A stretch of DNA of 63,364 nucleotides, filler included, from Sluysia triapertura (Eukaryota), in NCBI GenBank assembly GCA_046118255.1. It is 4 parts of 4 records of this genome, joined end to end, with 100 filler letters (N's around TTAATTAATTAA, not from the genome) between each part and the next. Parts side by side here need not be neighbours in the genome. Positions count along the whole stretch, not along the records: positions 1 to 26,179 come from JBJNIA010144165.1; positions 26,280 to 39,964 come from JBJNIA010025285.1; positions 40,065 to 52,237 come from JBJNIA010132179.1; 1 more part is not named here. The stretch is one strand, 5' to 3'. The translations under genes were made by a program, and so were the position numbers. Shown here piece after piece: positions 25,976 to 40,782 of this stretch. Every line of letters begins with the position of its first letter. The first letter of the stretch is position 1. The notes beneath the pieces are model-generated. The model worked only from the letters and a program-made list of their open reading frames with translations, made no database searches and was not told where the DNA came from.

Positions 25976-27338
25976 ATTATTACATACAATATAGCATACA
26001 ATTTAGTACATATAATATAGCATAAGTTGGATATGGCCATGAGTAATAGTATGAGGTGTTTAAGAAGAATTTCTAAATTCAGCTATCATATAATCATTAA
26101 ATGAAATTGAAGGAATTGGTCTAAAAATGATAAATGGAGAAGTATGATCTGCGTCTTTTCGATTTATTTGCCAATGGTTNNNNNNNNNNNNNNNNNNNNN
26201 NNNNNNNNNNNNNNNNNNNNNNNTTAATTAATTAANNNNNNNNNNNNNNNNNNNNNNNNNNNNNNNNNNNNNNNNNNNNGGCATTGTCGCTATTTTTATT
26301 ACTGAAGATTATAAATTCTGACTTTTCTTCATTGATTTTCAAGTATTTATTTCCAAGTATTTATTAAATAATTTTATTTTTACATTTTTTTTGGAGTTAG
26401 GGATCCTTTAGAGAATTTCTACAATTGTTTTTATTAATTTTTTATTAGTAAGCATGAATTAAAAAGAATTAACACAAAAACAAAGTTAAATATTTATTTT
26501 TACGAATTTCATAAACAAGAAAATAAATAAAGTCATTCAGTTTAAATGAATTTTGTAGATAAAAACATTGAAATTAAAACATAACTAAAATTAAAATACA
26601 AAAGTACATTTTTTTTATTTTAAATACAAATAAAGATTTATATATGCACAAGCAAATATACAAATACAAAAATTTTTTCAAATTGATGTTCATGAATAAT
26701 TTGCAATGGATATACATTATCTAAAAATTCGTAAAAGTACAAACATAGCTTAGCATTTTTAACATAAGCTAATCATAATGTTAGTAAAAGCTAATGTAAA
26801 AATATATGCTAAGAGTACACCTTTTTATTAAATATTTTAATATATATTGAACAATGTTTAATGCAATACAAATATAATTTGATTGATATTTATATTAGAT
26901 AAATATATAGATTTATTTATTAAAAAACAAAAAACAAGTAAATTATGTTGACAATTAACAAATGATGAAAGAAATATTTAGTCGGACAATAGATATATTT
27001 TTATCAATAAAAGCTTTTCATTTAATTTTCGTAAATTACATTTAAATACAATCATCATAAAAACTAAGTAATGCCACATATAGTAAAATGAAAATTATCA
27101 GTAAAAAAATTGTTTTTTTTCATAATTACTTTAGTGTATGCATAATTAAGTACTTCGAAGGTATATTTTATGAATATGGAATAAGCTATTGTTATTATTT
27201 TTCCTGTAACATGTGAATACTCTTCATTATTTAATAAAACAATATTACAATGAAAACTATATTTTAAATGCTTATTATTTTTATAAATTAAAACTTGTTT
27301 AAAAATTAATTACATCTAGGAATAATATATCGCATTAA

Positions 27339-28462
27339 ATCGTGTAAACGACAACGTATTGACTAACAATTGATATTTAAATCGATTAACAATAGGTATA
27401 ATAGTAAAAAAAGACGTATCTGAGTCAGAGACGAAGATTTTTTAATTACATTCTTGCGTTTATGGCAAAAAATTAAATTTATTTAACATGTTAATCGCCA
27501 CAATAATTTCAACAAAAATTTCATTTGGATCATAATTTTATTACATAATTTAGGTACTATATTTTGAAAAAATTTAACTTTTTTTCACCAAATTTTTCAG
27601 AAAACACTATTTTTTGTGACAAATGTATATGAATGACATGGGTATGAATAAAGCTCCTTTTCTGTACAAGATGTGCCATTCATATATGTGAGACGTTAAG
27701 TTGTGTACTTCAGAAGGATACGCCTGAGCAAGTAAGTCTGAGTTTTTTGATAAAAATTACGACTTAGCCGCAAAAGTTTGCGAGGATTTATCAAAAAGGC
27801 CTCTAAATAAAAGTAGAACGTTATATATGGACAACTTCTATACCAGCTATCCGCTAGCATTGGCATTTATTCGTCAAATGGCGCATGTTGTAGGAACTAT
27901 AAGAAGTCTACGCCAAAGGAAGTTATGAACGCTAAATTAAAGAAAGGATAAATGGCTATAAATTCGAAATTTAGAGTATTAACAACAAAACATATCCGCC
28001 AGCATAAGTAGATAAAGAAGTAACAAACAAAACCACTTTCAATATGTGCTTATAATAAAAGTAAAATAGGGTCAGATATTTCAAATCGAAATGGTTCTTA
28101 TGCAAATAAAACAGTACCCAAGTTAAGAATAATTGGAATACAGTCTGTGCAAAGCAATATAGGAATTAGGCAATTTCGTGAATTTAGGTTCGAACATAAC
28201 TGATAAACTAAGAACTTCAACTCATACACCAAAAACAACTATTAGTTCTGAAAAGATGAATATTATGTCCAAATGAAAGAAGCAGCTAAGTCTATATTAT
28301 TTATTTTTTCCTACTAAACCAGCAATTTTCATGTTTTGCTTCTGGTAGGTTTAGGTTTGAAAGATATAACAAATTTATCGTTTTCGTCGAATATCATTGA
28401 CGTATATGTATGACATGGCTCATGTAGAACTTCTTAGTGTCAAACGTAGCGGTTGACGCGTT
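27339..28462 (+). mobile_element. Degraded piggyBac derivative with transposase remnant
   Basis: RTLYMDNFYTSYPLALAFIRQMAHVVGTIR (~27815-27905) and AYNKSKIGSD; degenerate ~19-bp TIRs. Confidence 0.85.
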
Positions 28463-28861
28463 CATGTTCATGTTCATATTGTATCAAAGCTATAAGATGC
28501 GTAACATATAATTACCAAATTTGAACTGATCCAATTGTAAGGGTACAAATAATAATCCTTAAAATGGTAAAGCCGGAGTAGTAATAAAAACGATTGCACA
28601 TCATATTTCAAATTTTCTAGTAATGCTTGCATGAAAAATATTTAATTGCAAATTTGTTCAAATTAATACAAGATTATGGAAAAAAATACCATTACAAATT
28701 AGGCATAAAAATATTTAATTTTTATTCGAGAGTGTGATTTCCTGGCCTTTTACTATTACTAATAGATTGATAAAAATGTAATTGGTTGATGTAAAAGTAC
28801 ATATTAATAATAATGATAATAATATAAATATTGTTGAAAATATTTAACTAAAATTATATAA

Positions 28862-29153
28862 TAGGGGTGGCCAAACTGCGGTTATTTGAAGAATTATTTG
28901 TGGCTCTCCATAAAGGCATCCGAGTTCCCTTTTCATCATATTTTAAAAAATTATTATCGTTCCGCATGTATTTCAAAACGTCTTTTAAATTATTGACAAA
29001 TAAATTTCATTTCGGTCCAAGTTAAGAATGACATGACTCATCGAAAATTATTATTTTAATACCCTTTTTGCGTACTTTTTTAATACGTACTTAATTGCGA
29101 CTCGCGAAAAATTTCAAAACTCCTTGGACTATCAAGGAGTTTTGCAGCCCTTG
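28862..29153. mobile_element. hAT (Charlie-like) MITE
   Basis: Imperfect TIR TAGGGGTGGCCAAACT/AGTTTTGCAGCCCTTG and 8-bp TSD TTATATAA (28854-28861 and 29154-29161). Confidence 0.9.
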
Positions 29154-30344
29154 TTATATAAAATTGTACTGCACGCACATTCGCTTTACAACTTTAAAAT
29201 GTCTAAAATATCAAAAGGTGCCTTCATAACCTTATTCAGGAATACAGTTAAACAACAATGGCTTAAGCCCACAATAATAATATAAATTAATTAATTAAAC
29301 TNNNNNNNNNNNNNNNNNNNNNNNNNNNNNNNNNNNNNNNNNNNNNNNNNNNNNNNNNNNNNNNNNNNNNNNNNNNNNNNNNNNNNNNNNNNNNNNNNNN
29401 NNNNNNNNNNNNNNNNNNNNNNNNNNNNNNNNNNNNNNNNNNNNNNNNNNNNNNNNNNNATTTTATAAAAAAGGGCACAATGCCTAGTGATTAAAAATGT
29501 GGGCGTAATTGGAATTAGTACAAATAAGTAACGATATTCAAAAAATATTACTTACGAGTATGCGATAATGATTAATAATCAACAGCTGTCAGTACAAATT
29601 AGTGATTCAGACGTTCCAGAATTAATATCAATATAAATTTGTATTTATCAAACATTTCTTTAAGTGTGTATTCAATCCTTGTAATCGTAAGTCATATTTT
29701 GATATGTTTTTCCTTAAATAAATTAAGGCTTTATATGTTAAATTAAAATCTTTTGTAATCTTTTTGGTAGTATCAAAGTCATTAATAAAATCATAATTAT
29801 TAAGAGCAGTCGTATAAATCATTTGTATATTATACATTTTGCTTATAATAATCAATTTTATTTTTAATAAAAGTTTGGAATATATCATTCATTTTTCCTT
29901 TAATTAATTTGAAGAATTTTCGTTCGAGTTCAGTTGAGATTTAGCAGAATAAAAGTGGTAACAAATAGTTTTTATTATGTTAAGCATAAACATTTGCTTT
30001 TTAAGAAATTCGTAAGAAATAAGGTGCTACAGTTCAAGATTAGCCTTAGCATTGAAGCACTATATTGAATCACATAACGTCTTCTTTGTGGACGTAAACC
30101 GTGTATTTTAGGTGAACACAGAGAGTTTATTATTTTGTAAGATAGTTTTTATTAAAGAAAGCACTTGTAAACGCAAATGACTATGAAATATAGAAAATCT
30201 GCTAAATGAATAAAGGACTTGAGCCCATACTATAAACATAGTACTTCTACCACTTATCAAACGACAGTCGAGTCTAAAGAATTCACGGTAACTCAAAATT
30301 ATAATCATAAAGTTTAATATATTGATTCGATGTGGTTCTCTTAA

Positions 30345-30420
30345 CTCTCAACCTACAGCAAAATAAATTTTAGCAGTGCCTGGCTTCATTATACGACTTA
30401 TGACGTGAAGTTGGCGTAAC
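30345..30420. mobile_element. piggyBac-type terminus, same family as 37144
   Basis: TTAA-CTCTCAACCTACAGCAAAATAAATT versus TTAA-CTCTTAACCTAAGGCAAAATAAAATT at 37140. Confidence 0.5.
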
Positions 30421-33400
30421 TAAAATGATAGCATTCAAAGTAAAAAATTTATCTTAATTTTTAAAGCTCCTGTAACTTCTTTCAATTTATAACTAGATAT
30501 GTGTAGAGGGTCTACTTAACTTCTATTAATTTTTTTCTTATTTATTTATTTATTTAATTCAATTATGTCACAAAAATAATTAAAATAAAACTCGAATTAT
30601 AAAATTATATTAAACAAAATTTTGCAAATAAAGAAATATTTCAATATACTAAGTAGATGTTATTCAATTAGCAGCAATAAAATTAATTAGTTTAAAATCA
30701 AAATCACTTGAGCATTTAATTTAACTTTTAAAGATTTTAAATGAATTTCTCCACTCATTAAATCGGGTTTGAGAAAAATGTACTAAAATAATTTCGATAA
30801 TAATTGTGACTAAATCTTTGTTATTATACTGTTAAAATAAAATGATACTAAATTATTAAATTGAAATTTTAAATGATTCGTGAAATTATTATTATTTTAA
30901 GGGTTGTAATTGAAGTAGTGTAAAGATAACCATAAACTTAAAGTAAAATATAGAGTTATAAAATACCTCGAACTAATAATAATACTTATTTTTATAAATA
31001 AAAATGTTAATAATAAAATATATTCTTAAACAAATAGATTCTTAAGTACTTATTTACTGAAAAAAACTTTTTATTATTTTTAGAGATTTATCGCATTTTA
31101 ATTCTTTTCTAATATTTACATTTTATGATTTAGTCTTCTGTTATACAACACTAATAAGTTTAATTTTCGTGTCGTCCATAGTTTGTCAACTTTCGCTTTA
31201 TAATGTCAATTATATTTACTTATCACACAAAAATTAAAATACTGAATTTTTTCTACTTTGCAATAAGGAAATATCTTCTATAAAGCAATGCTTGATTTAT
31301 ATTTCTCTGATGTTTAAATAAAGATTTAATATATCAAATTGCAGAAAAATATTATATTTATTGAATTAATTTTTTTATAAAACTGTGACACATTTTTTGA
31401 AACTTTTGTTATTATCGGAGACACTTAAGTCACGTGCTCTCCCATGGTATACATTAATTTTATTAATCCAATATTGTCAATATTTAAGGATGTTAATAAC
31501 TATTTCTGTTGAGTTTTGATACATGATACTATTTTAAGTGAAAAAATATTTTGCTGTTCTAGTATTAAATTTTCAGTTTCATATATGTCTAGAGATGTAA
31601 AAATACAAACAAATGTTATATATGTATGTTATACGTTTTCCTATGCATTAATTTGATTGGTTTGTTTAATGTAACACTAAACCTAATCGATTTACGAATT
31701 CATAGAGTAACTTACGAATTGTAAACTAATTCTAATTCATATTTATAAGTTTCAGCCTTAATAAAATTAAAAATTAAAATTAAATGTGAATTACAACGAA
31801 TGAATAATTTCACATTTCTTCGATAAATTAAGTTTCACTCAATGTTTTGGAATATCCTCAAATAATGTGATTCAATGCAAGATACTAATTCTTCATCAAA
31901 AAGATTATTAAATAAAACAGGTTTAAAATACTTTTGAAATCCTTCCTGATTTTACACCAACATTTTGATTTTTGATTTTAGGGTATTTTGTAAAATTACA
32001 AAATGTAACGTGATTTAATTTTATTAAAAGTTTATCTCCATTGTACAAATTATAAACTTTATCACTTTCACAAACCAAAGAATGACGGAAAGTGATACTC
32101 CATCATTTTTTACATTTTGATTCAGTTTTCTGGGTTTTTGTACAGCAAAATTCCTGAAACCAAATTTTTGCTTAATCTTAACTTATAAATTATAATAATG
32201 ATTTCAACACCATATTGTATCATAATGACGACAAACATGAACTCCAGTTATAACCCAAATAGTTGTATGACAGAACTTCACTTTTAATCCAGTGATGCTC
32301 TTTTAAACATCATTTGTTCTTTAATTGTTGTCAAAACTCATGTTGTGTTTCTGTAAATACTCTACAAAATATTTATCAAGTTTTTATGCTTTTATATTAA
32401 TAAAATCTTTTTCAAATCATGATGTTTGATTATTGAATTTATGAAATTTATAAGATTTATTACTATTATTCATTATGTTAATTATCAATTTCTTAAGTTT
32501 ATAATCAAGAATTTTATTATCATCTCCGTATTTTGGACTCTGACAAAAAGCAAGATACATCATTTAGTAGTGCGATTACAAATCGAGGATTGTACAACCA
32601 AGATGACACGAACAATTGAAGTTATGAAAGAAACTATAAAAAAATTTTTCTCGAGTTCTTACAGGATCTTTATGAAAATATAAACATAATAAAATAAACA
32701 TGAGCAAAATGATAACAATGATGTGATGACAGTGACGGTTATATTTATTGTAAAGGTTGGATTGTGGTAACATTAACATTATTAACTTAGAGTTTAATTT
32801 TAATCTATGATTTTATAATTCTATGGATTTTGTAGTTGAGTTGTATTAGTGAAAATGTGGGGTTTTATGGCATGTGATAAAGTTTTCGTGTCTGTGAGTG
32901 GTGTTATTAATATAATATAATCGGCTGAGCCGCCACAGACAGATATCGTATTTAAAATTTCATTATAATTATTAAAAACATTCAAATGACGTTAAATCAT
33001 TTTTAATCTATTTGGAGATTTTGGAATTTTATATACGCCACTTGGGGCGAAGACTATATCAAGTGCATTTGAAAGTTTAATGTCAATTTAATCATTTCAA
33101 TCAATATTGTTTGGCATTTAGTCACGTAGTCTTAAAATGGCACCAATTAAAAGGTCACAGGTATCTCTCAAGGTATGAAAGTTTTTCCCACATCCGAAAT
33201 CGCAAGATAGCCGTTGCAAATGATAATTTAATAATTGAAAGCCTTTTCATGTGTATCATTCCAGATAAATTTTTAATTAATTTTTCTTTTTCATAAATGT
33301 TCGTCTATTCTTCCTTTATTAAAGTAAAAGATATTCGCTTTTTTCTTAGTTTCTATTTGTGCCTTCTTTAGCACTCATTTTAGTACTCCGATCTTTTGAT

Positions 33401-36400
33401 TTTGAATTATTTAATTACCAATTCTTATTCGTAAATTTGAGGTAATAAAATCGAATATCTAGAACTTAAATATTACTTCTGTATATGAAACAAGAATACA
33501 CTAAAGAATCCTTTTTTCGGTAATGTTTCATTAAGAACAATTAGCTCAAACCGACATAATTGATGCTCACAATTTTTAACACATCAATTTCTGTGATAAT
33601 AATTTTACATTAATTTTCCTCTTAGGTCAACCTGATCCTCTCCCATAGATATTATTATTGCAAGATGAGGTATTACTTCATTAAATTTCTCAATCAAAGG
33701 AATGCATTTTTATGAATTTCTTTTTATTGTGCCGTAAAATAATGTTCTCCATTATTCTCTTATTTCTTATTTTTCTTTCTGTTTCCTTCGTTTCACTGTC
33801 TCTAAAAAACGTATTGAAAATTGTTGAAAAATTCCAAAGAAAGAGGTATGTAATCCTGTAGAAATTATTTCCGAAAATTAAGCATAAAAATAAAGCAAAA
33901 ATCAACGGTTGTATTTAGTTACAGAAAAGCAGTAACAGATTTTCAACAATCTTGAACCTACTTTTTCGAACTAAGGAAATTGTTGCTATCATAAATCGCT
34001 GTATAGATCATTTCAATGTTGTTATAATCATAAAATTGCTTTTACGATTAGAATGACAATGTTTAAACTCGAAAAAAGTTCTAAAATGAAACAATATACT
34101 TGTTATTTTTGGGTATCATTTAATAATAAACAAATTTCAGTTTTTCCAAATCAAGTTCGAGTGATCCTCAAAATAAAATGAATTTTCAAAAAGTAGGCCT
34201 CTTGAAGAGTTGGGAACTATCTTTTAAATTCGAAAACTTTGCGTTTTAAGTTATTGTAAGTGTTGATTATTATTATCTTTATTTTTTAATCGATAATCTT
34301 TACAAATATTTAAAATCTCATGTTGTTTCATAATTTTGTTTCATTTAATTTATTGTCTTTATAGTCATTACCATTATTCAGAATCTCACTACGTTGCTCT
34401 TTTGTTTCATTTCCTTTATTTGCCATTTTTCTTTATTATATTTTATATTCGCTAAACTTTTATTTGCCTTTTAATATCAATTGAACTTTATTTATTTCTA
34501 TTAATAGCTGCCAGTCATCTTTCTCTTTGTTAAAATTTTGTTACTTACATATAGAATCATACCATTGGTTAAAAATCACTTTAATATTTTATACACTGTC
34601 ACCTTTGTAGGATGTATTTTTGGCTTTAGCAAATGAAATATGTTTAAGTTTGGACATAGACTATATAAATTAATTTGGTAGCCATGTTTGATTNNNNNNN
34701 NNNNNNNNNNNNNNNNNNNNNNNNNNNNNNNNNNNNNNNNNNNNNNNNNNNNNNNNNNNNNNNNNNNNNNNNNNNNNNNNNNNNNNNNNNNNNNNNNNNN
34801 NNNNNNNNNNNNNNNNNNNNNNNNNNNNNNNNNNNAAAATAAAAATGAATAAGTTCAACGCATCTTCTTTAATATTTATTATTGCTTCGGAGATTTTCAC
34901 CGCTTTATGCAATTTTCTTTATCTAAGATTTCTTGTTTTTTTTGTAACTTCACGTTTTTTAATCTCATTTTTATTGTTTTTCATTTAATAATAACATTGT
35001 GGATTTTCATATTTTTATGTTTAATTGAATTAGAAAACTAAACATAGTATGGAATTGGCCCAGAAGACATTTCCTGAACTGCTTAAACAAAAGAACTGTC
35101 TTTGTTTGTTGATAATATTAAATCCGACTAAACCATTCTTAGTAAATATTCTTCTTTGCAATGTATAGGTATTTTTTCATTGGCGAACTCAAATTTTCCA
35201 TAACAGACAATTAGTTAATTAAATATTTTGATATATTATTGGGATATTCTAAAAATGAACAATGATGTAATACAAAAATGAAATAGAAAAAAAATGAAAA
35301 AGAAAATGCAAGAATGAATACAGATATTAAGAAATAATGGTTTTGGACATTTGAGGTTTATACCAAATATCTTTGGATTTTAAATCGAAAATAGAAGATT
35401 TTGTCAATGAATTTTGTATGATTGCATGTAAACGAGATTTTGATATTTACATTTGTATCAGAGTAAAGTATAATATAGTTCTGATGAAATTCTTTCTTTA
35501 TGTAGATAGACATTGATCTTTTGTTTAAACTTTAGCCTATAAAGTTGTGTCAACTATACGTCTTCCCAGTTGTTCATTATAGTAATCGCAGTATTGTTCT
35601 ACTGAGTGATCCATTGCGAGTATTTCTTGTTTGTTGGTTTCCTCAGCTTCAATACTTGCTATCTTGTGATTAATCAATCCATTCAATCCATCCTTAATAC
35701 AGCTTTACTTCTTCTAAGATAGCTTAAATAAATTCACTTAAGTAAATTTTTAGCTTAAATTAATTTATCTAGAAGTGTCATATCGGATACTCGTTCCGAT
35801 GACCTGGAATGAAAATGCTTTAATTTAATGTTGTTTAGATTTAACTTCAAGACTATTTTATCGTAATGTAATTGAATTTATATATATATATATATAGGAA
35901 CACTTAGAATTAGTTTGATTTATTTTATTTTATGTTTTTCCTTTGAGTACTACTTTCGACGAACAAATAAAAATAAAAATAGGTTAAATTCAAATTACTT
36001 ATTTATTAAGTACAGCANNNNNNNNNNNNNNNNNNNNNNNNNNNNNNNNNNNNNNNNNNNNNNNNNNNNNNNNNNNNNNNNNNNNNNNNNNNNNNNNNNN
36101 NNNNNNNNNNNNNNNNNNNNNNNNNNNNNNNNNNNNNNNNNNNNNNNNNNNNNNNNNNNNNNNNNNNNNNNNNNNNNNNNNNNNNNNNNNNNNNNNNNNN
36201 NNNNNNNNNNNNNNNNNNNNNNNNNNNNNNNNNNNNNNNNNNNNNNNNNNNNNNNNNNNNNNNNNNNNNNNNNNNNNNNNNNNNNNNNNNNNNNNNNNNN
36301 NNNNNNNNNNNNNNNNNNNNNNNNNNNNNNNNNNNNNNNNNNNNNNNNNNNNNNNNNNNNNNNNNNNNNNNNNNNNNNNNNNNNNNNNNNNNNNNNNNNN

Positions 36401-37182
36401 NNNNNNNNNNNNATATATATTTTTCCGGAATTATTATTGGTTGTAAGCAATACATTTCATCGTCCCCTTATGAACAGTCACGCAATGTTTATCAATAAAT
36501 GCACTTGTAAATTGACATTGATATTTACATTACGATTCACGGTATCCATTTATCCAATCATTTACTCCATTAAATTCCCACAGGAATATTATTATTATCA
36601 CATACTTGACAAGCTTTAGCCACAGATTACCTTTATTATGTTGATGTAAATAAAATTTTAATAATTCATATAGATAATTTAAGGTATATACAAATAAATA
36701 CTTCAGAAGACGTTTTTAATATGAAATATTTTCAAAGTTTTATAATAATATAATTTTATATTGAAATTAAACCCATTAGATGTAAGATGCATGGAATATT
36801 TCACAGATGTTTTTTTAATTTACCATTTGAATATTATCCAACAAGAAAATTAAATTATTTGTTTCTAAATTTTCTAAATAATGAGTCCTGTATTTATCAT
36901 TATCATTAATTCGAGCCACGGGTTTTCATTTATTGTTAATCTAAATAACTTTTAATCTCAATTGTTATGACTAAGCCTTTCTTTATCTGAATTTTCAGAT
37001 CCTTAATTAATTCTTCATAATTTTGATTAATCAATCAATACTAAATAAAAATCCAATATCTATTAATTAAAATAACAATTTAAGATAATACAGATATCAA
37101 TAAATAATATAAAATATATTTACACTTTTGTGGTTTTTCTTAACTCTTAACCTAAGGCAAAATAAAATTGAGACGTGTAGTT

Positions 37183-37259
37183 GGTGTCTCTGCAACCTGT
37201 TGAAATTGAAAGGTGTCTCTGCAACCTGTTGAAATTGAAAGGTGTCTCTGCAACCTGTT
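37183..37259. repeat. 29-bp tandem repeat (about 2.7 copies) next to a piggyBac-type end
   Basis: GGTGTCTCTGCAACCTGTTGAAATTGAAA starts at 37183, 37212 and 37241. Confidence 0.95.
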
Positions 37260-40200
37260 AAGGTGATACATTCACTTAAAAAATACGTTTAATGATTTTT
37301 AGAGGGTAGAAAAAGTTTATATTTTTAATCAATTTGTTTTTCAAAAATTAACGACTAAAAATCACAAAATTTTATTAAAAATACAATAAATAACTTATAC
37401 ATTTAATCAATAAAAAATTCATATAATTTAAAATTAAAATTCCTAGCATTATTTAATTATGATTACTGAAAATTTGCTTCATTAGATCGGTGTAAAAACT
37501 AATTAACTAAAATAATTTTACGTAATATTTTATAATTTTTATCTTCTCTGGGAAGATAAAAATTCCTTATAAAAAAATAATTTATCGCATTCATGGAATT
37601 GAGAATCAGTTTTGATTTTTGAAAATACTTGAGCAGAATAACTAAAAATGGATACCCAAAATGGAATGAAGCAGCTAAACAAAGAATAAAGCAAGTAAGG
37701 AAATATGGTAAAGTAGTGAAATTGATGCTAGTTTATATCCTAGTCATCAACCAATAGAATGTTCCTTTCTATTTTTAGTAGGAAATTTTATTTTTTAGAA
37801 ATAAAGTTATTTTATTGAAAAATTAGTGGGGTAAATTGATTTTTCGGAATCTAAAGAGTGCCGTGATGAAAAACTAACAAAAATATTAATTATATTGCTT
37901 AATATTAAATCAAAGAATTTAAAGCTGATTTTAATTCTAGTTTTAAACTAGGAGCAATAAATTTAGTGTATTTTAAGTCTTCTCTCTTAAGGAAGACAAA
38001 ATTTAACCATATGAAGCTTAATGTATTTCATGTGTAGATATATTTCACCGAATAATGTTTGAAATATTCTTGAATATTGTGAGATTTCTTTACAAGAATC
38101 AAATATAGCTCCTTTGATATGTTTGACCATTCTTCGAATAGTTTTTGAATAATTGGTAATATTTTGATATAGTGGAATATTGTACGAATATAACCGTTGA
38201 CTTTTGTCACTGTATTATTTTGAAATTCTGCCATAAGCTTTATATTATTTTTAGGTACGGAATCAGGTTATAATTTATTTATTTCAATTAATATAAGCCT
38301 GTTGTTTATTTTAAATAATTAATTTCTAATAATTTATTTACCAATTAACTTATTTTTAAATGACTAAATGACGTATTAATCTTTTTAACAAAATTAATTT
38401 GTAAAGCACTTCCCCAATAATTACTTATTTATTGTTATTATGATTATATATTATTACTATTACCATTATTATATTATTTTAGATCTTAGTTTAAACAAGA
38501 CAAGAAACTTACAACTATAATGAAACTTACAAAAATTAGCCTTCTGTAAATCAGGAATTGAAAACTCGTGTATTATACAATATCACAAGCTGCATCAAAT
38601 GACAGTAAACGAGCTCGAGCTCGAACTACAAATATATTAGCCAATTTTTAAATACGAAATATTTTCTGATTCGTTTAACTGTTAATTGTGTGTTAATTTA
38701 CAAATTTGTTATAATATAGCGTCTGCTGTGGTGTAATTTTTTCATAATACTTAATAATTATTAATAATTTTTTATTGTCTAAAATAGTGTTTTTAAAACG
38801 CTTATGGAACAATTGTTTTAACATGGGCGTTACACTTTTAATATTATTTACATTTTTTGGGCTTTGCCCTTATTATTATTTCTTTATTTATCACTATATT
38901 ATATTATTATCAGATTATTATAATCATAGTTACTGTACTTAAATTATTATCGTTATTATGACTATATTGTCACTATACTTAGGACCTGACGTTATAAAAG
39001 TTATAATATTATTATTAACCATTATTGTTTATTATTATTATTGTAGATTTGTCATGGACAACGTTAAAAAAGCTTTTTCTAGCTAAAAATAGCATTAATT
39101 TAATAGTTTTAAGAAAATGTTAAAAATAATTAAATTATAAAACACTTACTTTAAAATACAATACCTTAATTAGTCTTTCAGTTTTAAATTTTTTTACGTA
39201 AAATACAGTTAAAAATTTATTTATATTAAACTAACCAAATATATCTTTAAATAGATAAGATCCAACAAACGACATAGTTATAACAGTTAATGGCAAAGAA
39301 TAATCAGCCATTAATTTTCTTTTAGATGTGTCTAAATATGGTCTGAAAAGGAAAATATGTGTGTGTCATATCAATTTTAATATTAATATTTAATTTAAAT
39401 ATTATGAATTAACAATATTAAAGTGCACATGAGTAAAAGTACACATCATTTGAAATATTATAATAAATAAAATTTAAAAAAACACTGAATCATTGTTACA
39501 ATTTAAAATTTCAATGTACTTAGTAACAGCTGCGTTGACAAAAATAAACTTAAGTACAAATTAATAATAATAATAATGATAATAATAGTAATAGTTTCGA
39601 AATTATAATTGATTAAATTCGTAAAAAAATTATAAAACAATTTAAGTAATTAAAGCAAAAGATATATTCAAATTGCATAATTATATTAATTAATAACATT
39701 TTATTATCCAGATAATAAATGAATTATATGGTGTAATACATTACAGTTTTCTATAAAAGTAATATTCGCTATGCAAGTGCTCAGACTTGCTTCAGATATA
39801 TTCATCTTTTCTTTTAATTTAATTTCTGTCATCAGTAACAATTCTATACAAATTTGCGTGTTAATTTCTATTATACAATTTCTCTTCTTGTATTTCTTTT
39901 CAAATCATTTTTATCACTTTTATTTCGTTAGAACTATTCTTAACAGTTTTATGAATCAATATATNNNNNNNNNNNNNNNNNNNNNNNNNNNNNNNNNNNN
40001 NNNNNNNNTTAATTAATTAANNNNNNNNNNNNNNNNNNNNNNNNNNNNNNNNNNNNNNNNNNNNTATTATATAATTATATTACTATCTTTTATCAACAAA
40101 TACAAATTATTATTGAAAAATGTAAAAAAATGGTAAACGTTTTATAAATAAAGAAATTCGTATTTACACCTTAAAATAGCAGTTAATACTCAAACATCAC

Positions 40201-40617
40201 AAGTAACGCCTTCAAGACTACTAAGTGACTTATTAAGATCTTGTAATAAAATTTGTTTTTAAAGTTCTTCGTAAGCTATCATATAAAACAAAACTTGATC
40301 TTTTATTTAATTTTACATTTTTTTGATATTTATCAGCTTTTTCTAGATTTGACCAGAACAGTATTGCGTAACACCTATCACACCTTCCTAAACACCACAT
40401 ACCTTTTACACCTTATCTAATTAATTCCCAAAATATAAATTTTCAAAAAATTGATCATCATTTCTACCGTTATTATTATCATTGGTGCAATTAATATTAT
40501 TATTATTATTAATCATTATTATTATCATTATTATTAAACTGCGAAAGAATCAAGCATGTACAAAAGCGAGCTATACAATTCGTAGGAGCACATTATGAAT
40601 CCTTCTTTTTATATATT

Positions 40618-40782
40618 TGTTGGAATACAGGCCTAAAAGTACTATAGAATAATGTTAGTATAACTGACAAATAAAAAACAAAATCGGCTGATAGCTCAGT
40701 GGTCAGAGCCTCAAACTCCGCAGTTGTGAAGCTAGAGGTGCCGGGTTCGATTTTCGGTCAGTCCATTTTAAGAAGTTTAACA
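40618..40782 (+). mobile_element. tRNA-cored element, copy E (divergent subfamily)
   Basis: TGTTGGAATACAGGCCT...GGCTGATAGCTCAGTGG...GGTTCGA...TCAGTCCATTTTAAGAAGTTTAACA with TSD TATT. Confidence 0.88.

Noticed and set aside
25896-26040. RING-CH finger at the start of the 650-aa ORF
   Set aside because: PCKC is present, but the downstream HxxC and W...CxxC ligands are not.
26180-26279. TTAATTAATTAA embedded in N runs (also at 40009 and 52282)
   Set aside because: Identical six-frame-stop linker in the middle of gaps; a scaffolding artefact.
31800-32400. Argonaute PAZ-like ITGLKVKFCH on the minus strand
   Set aside because: A single short resemblance; downstream PAZ motifs were not found.
35915-36619. 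Long ORFs spanning N gaps (also 29287-29478, 34670-34912, 39771-40016)
   Set aside because: Open only because N codons contain no stops.
37183-37259. CRISPR-like array (also 52130-52237)
   Set aside because: Head-to-tail repeats without unique spacers, no cas genes, and a eukaryotic context.
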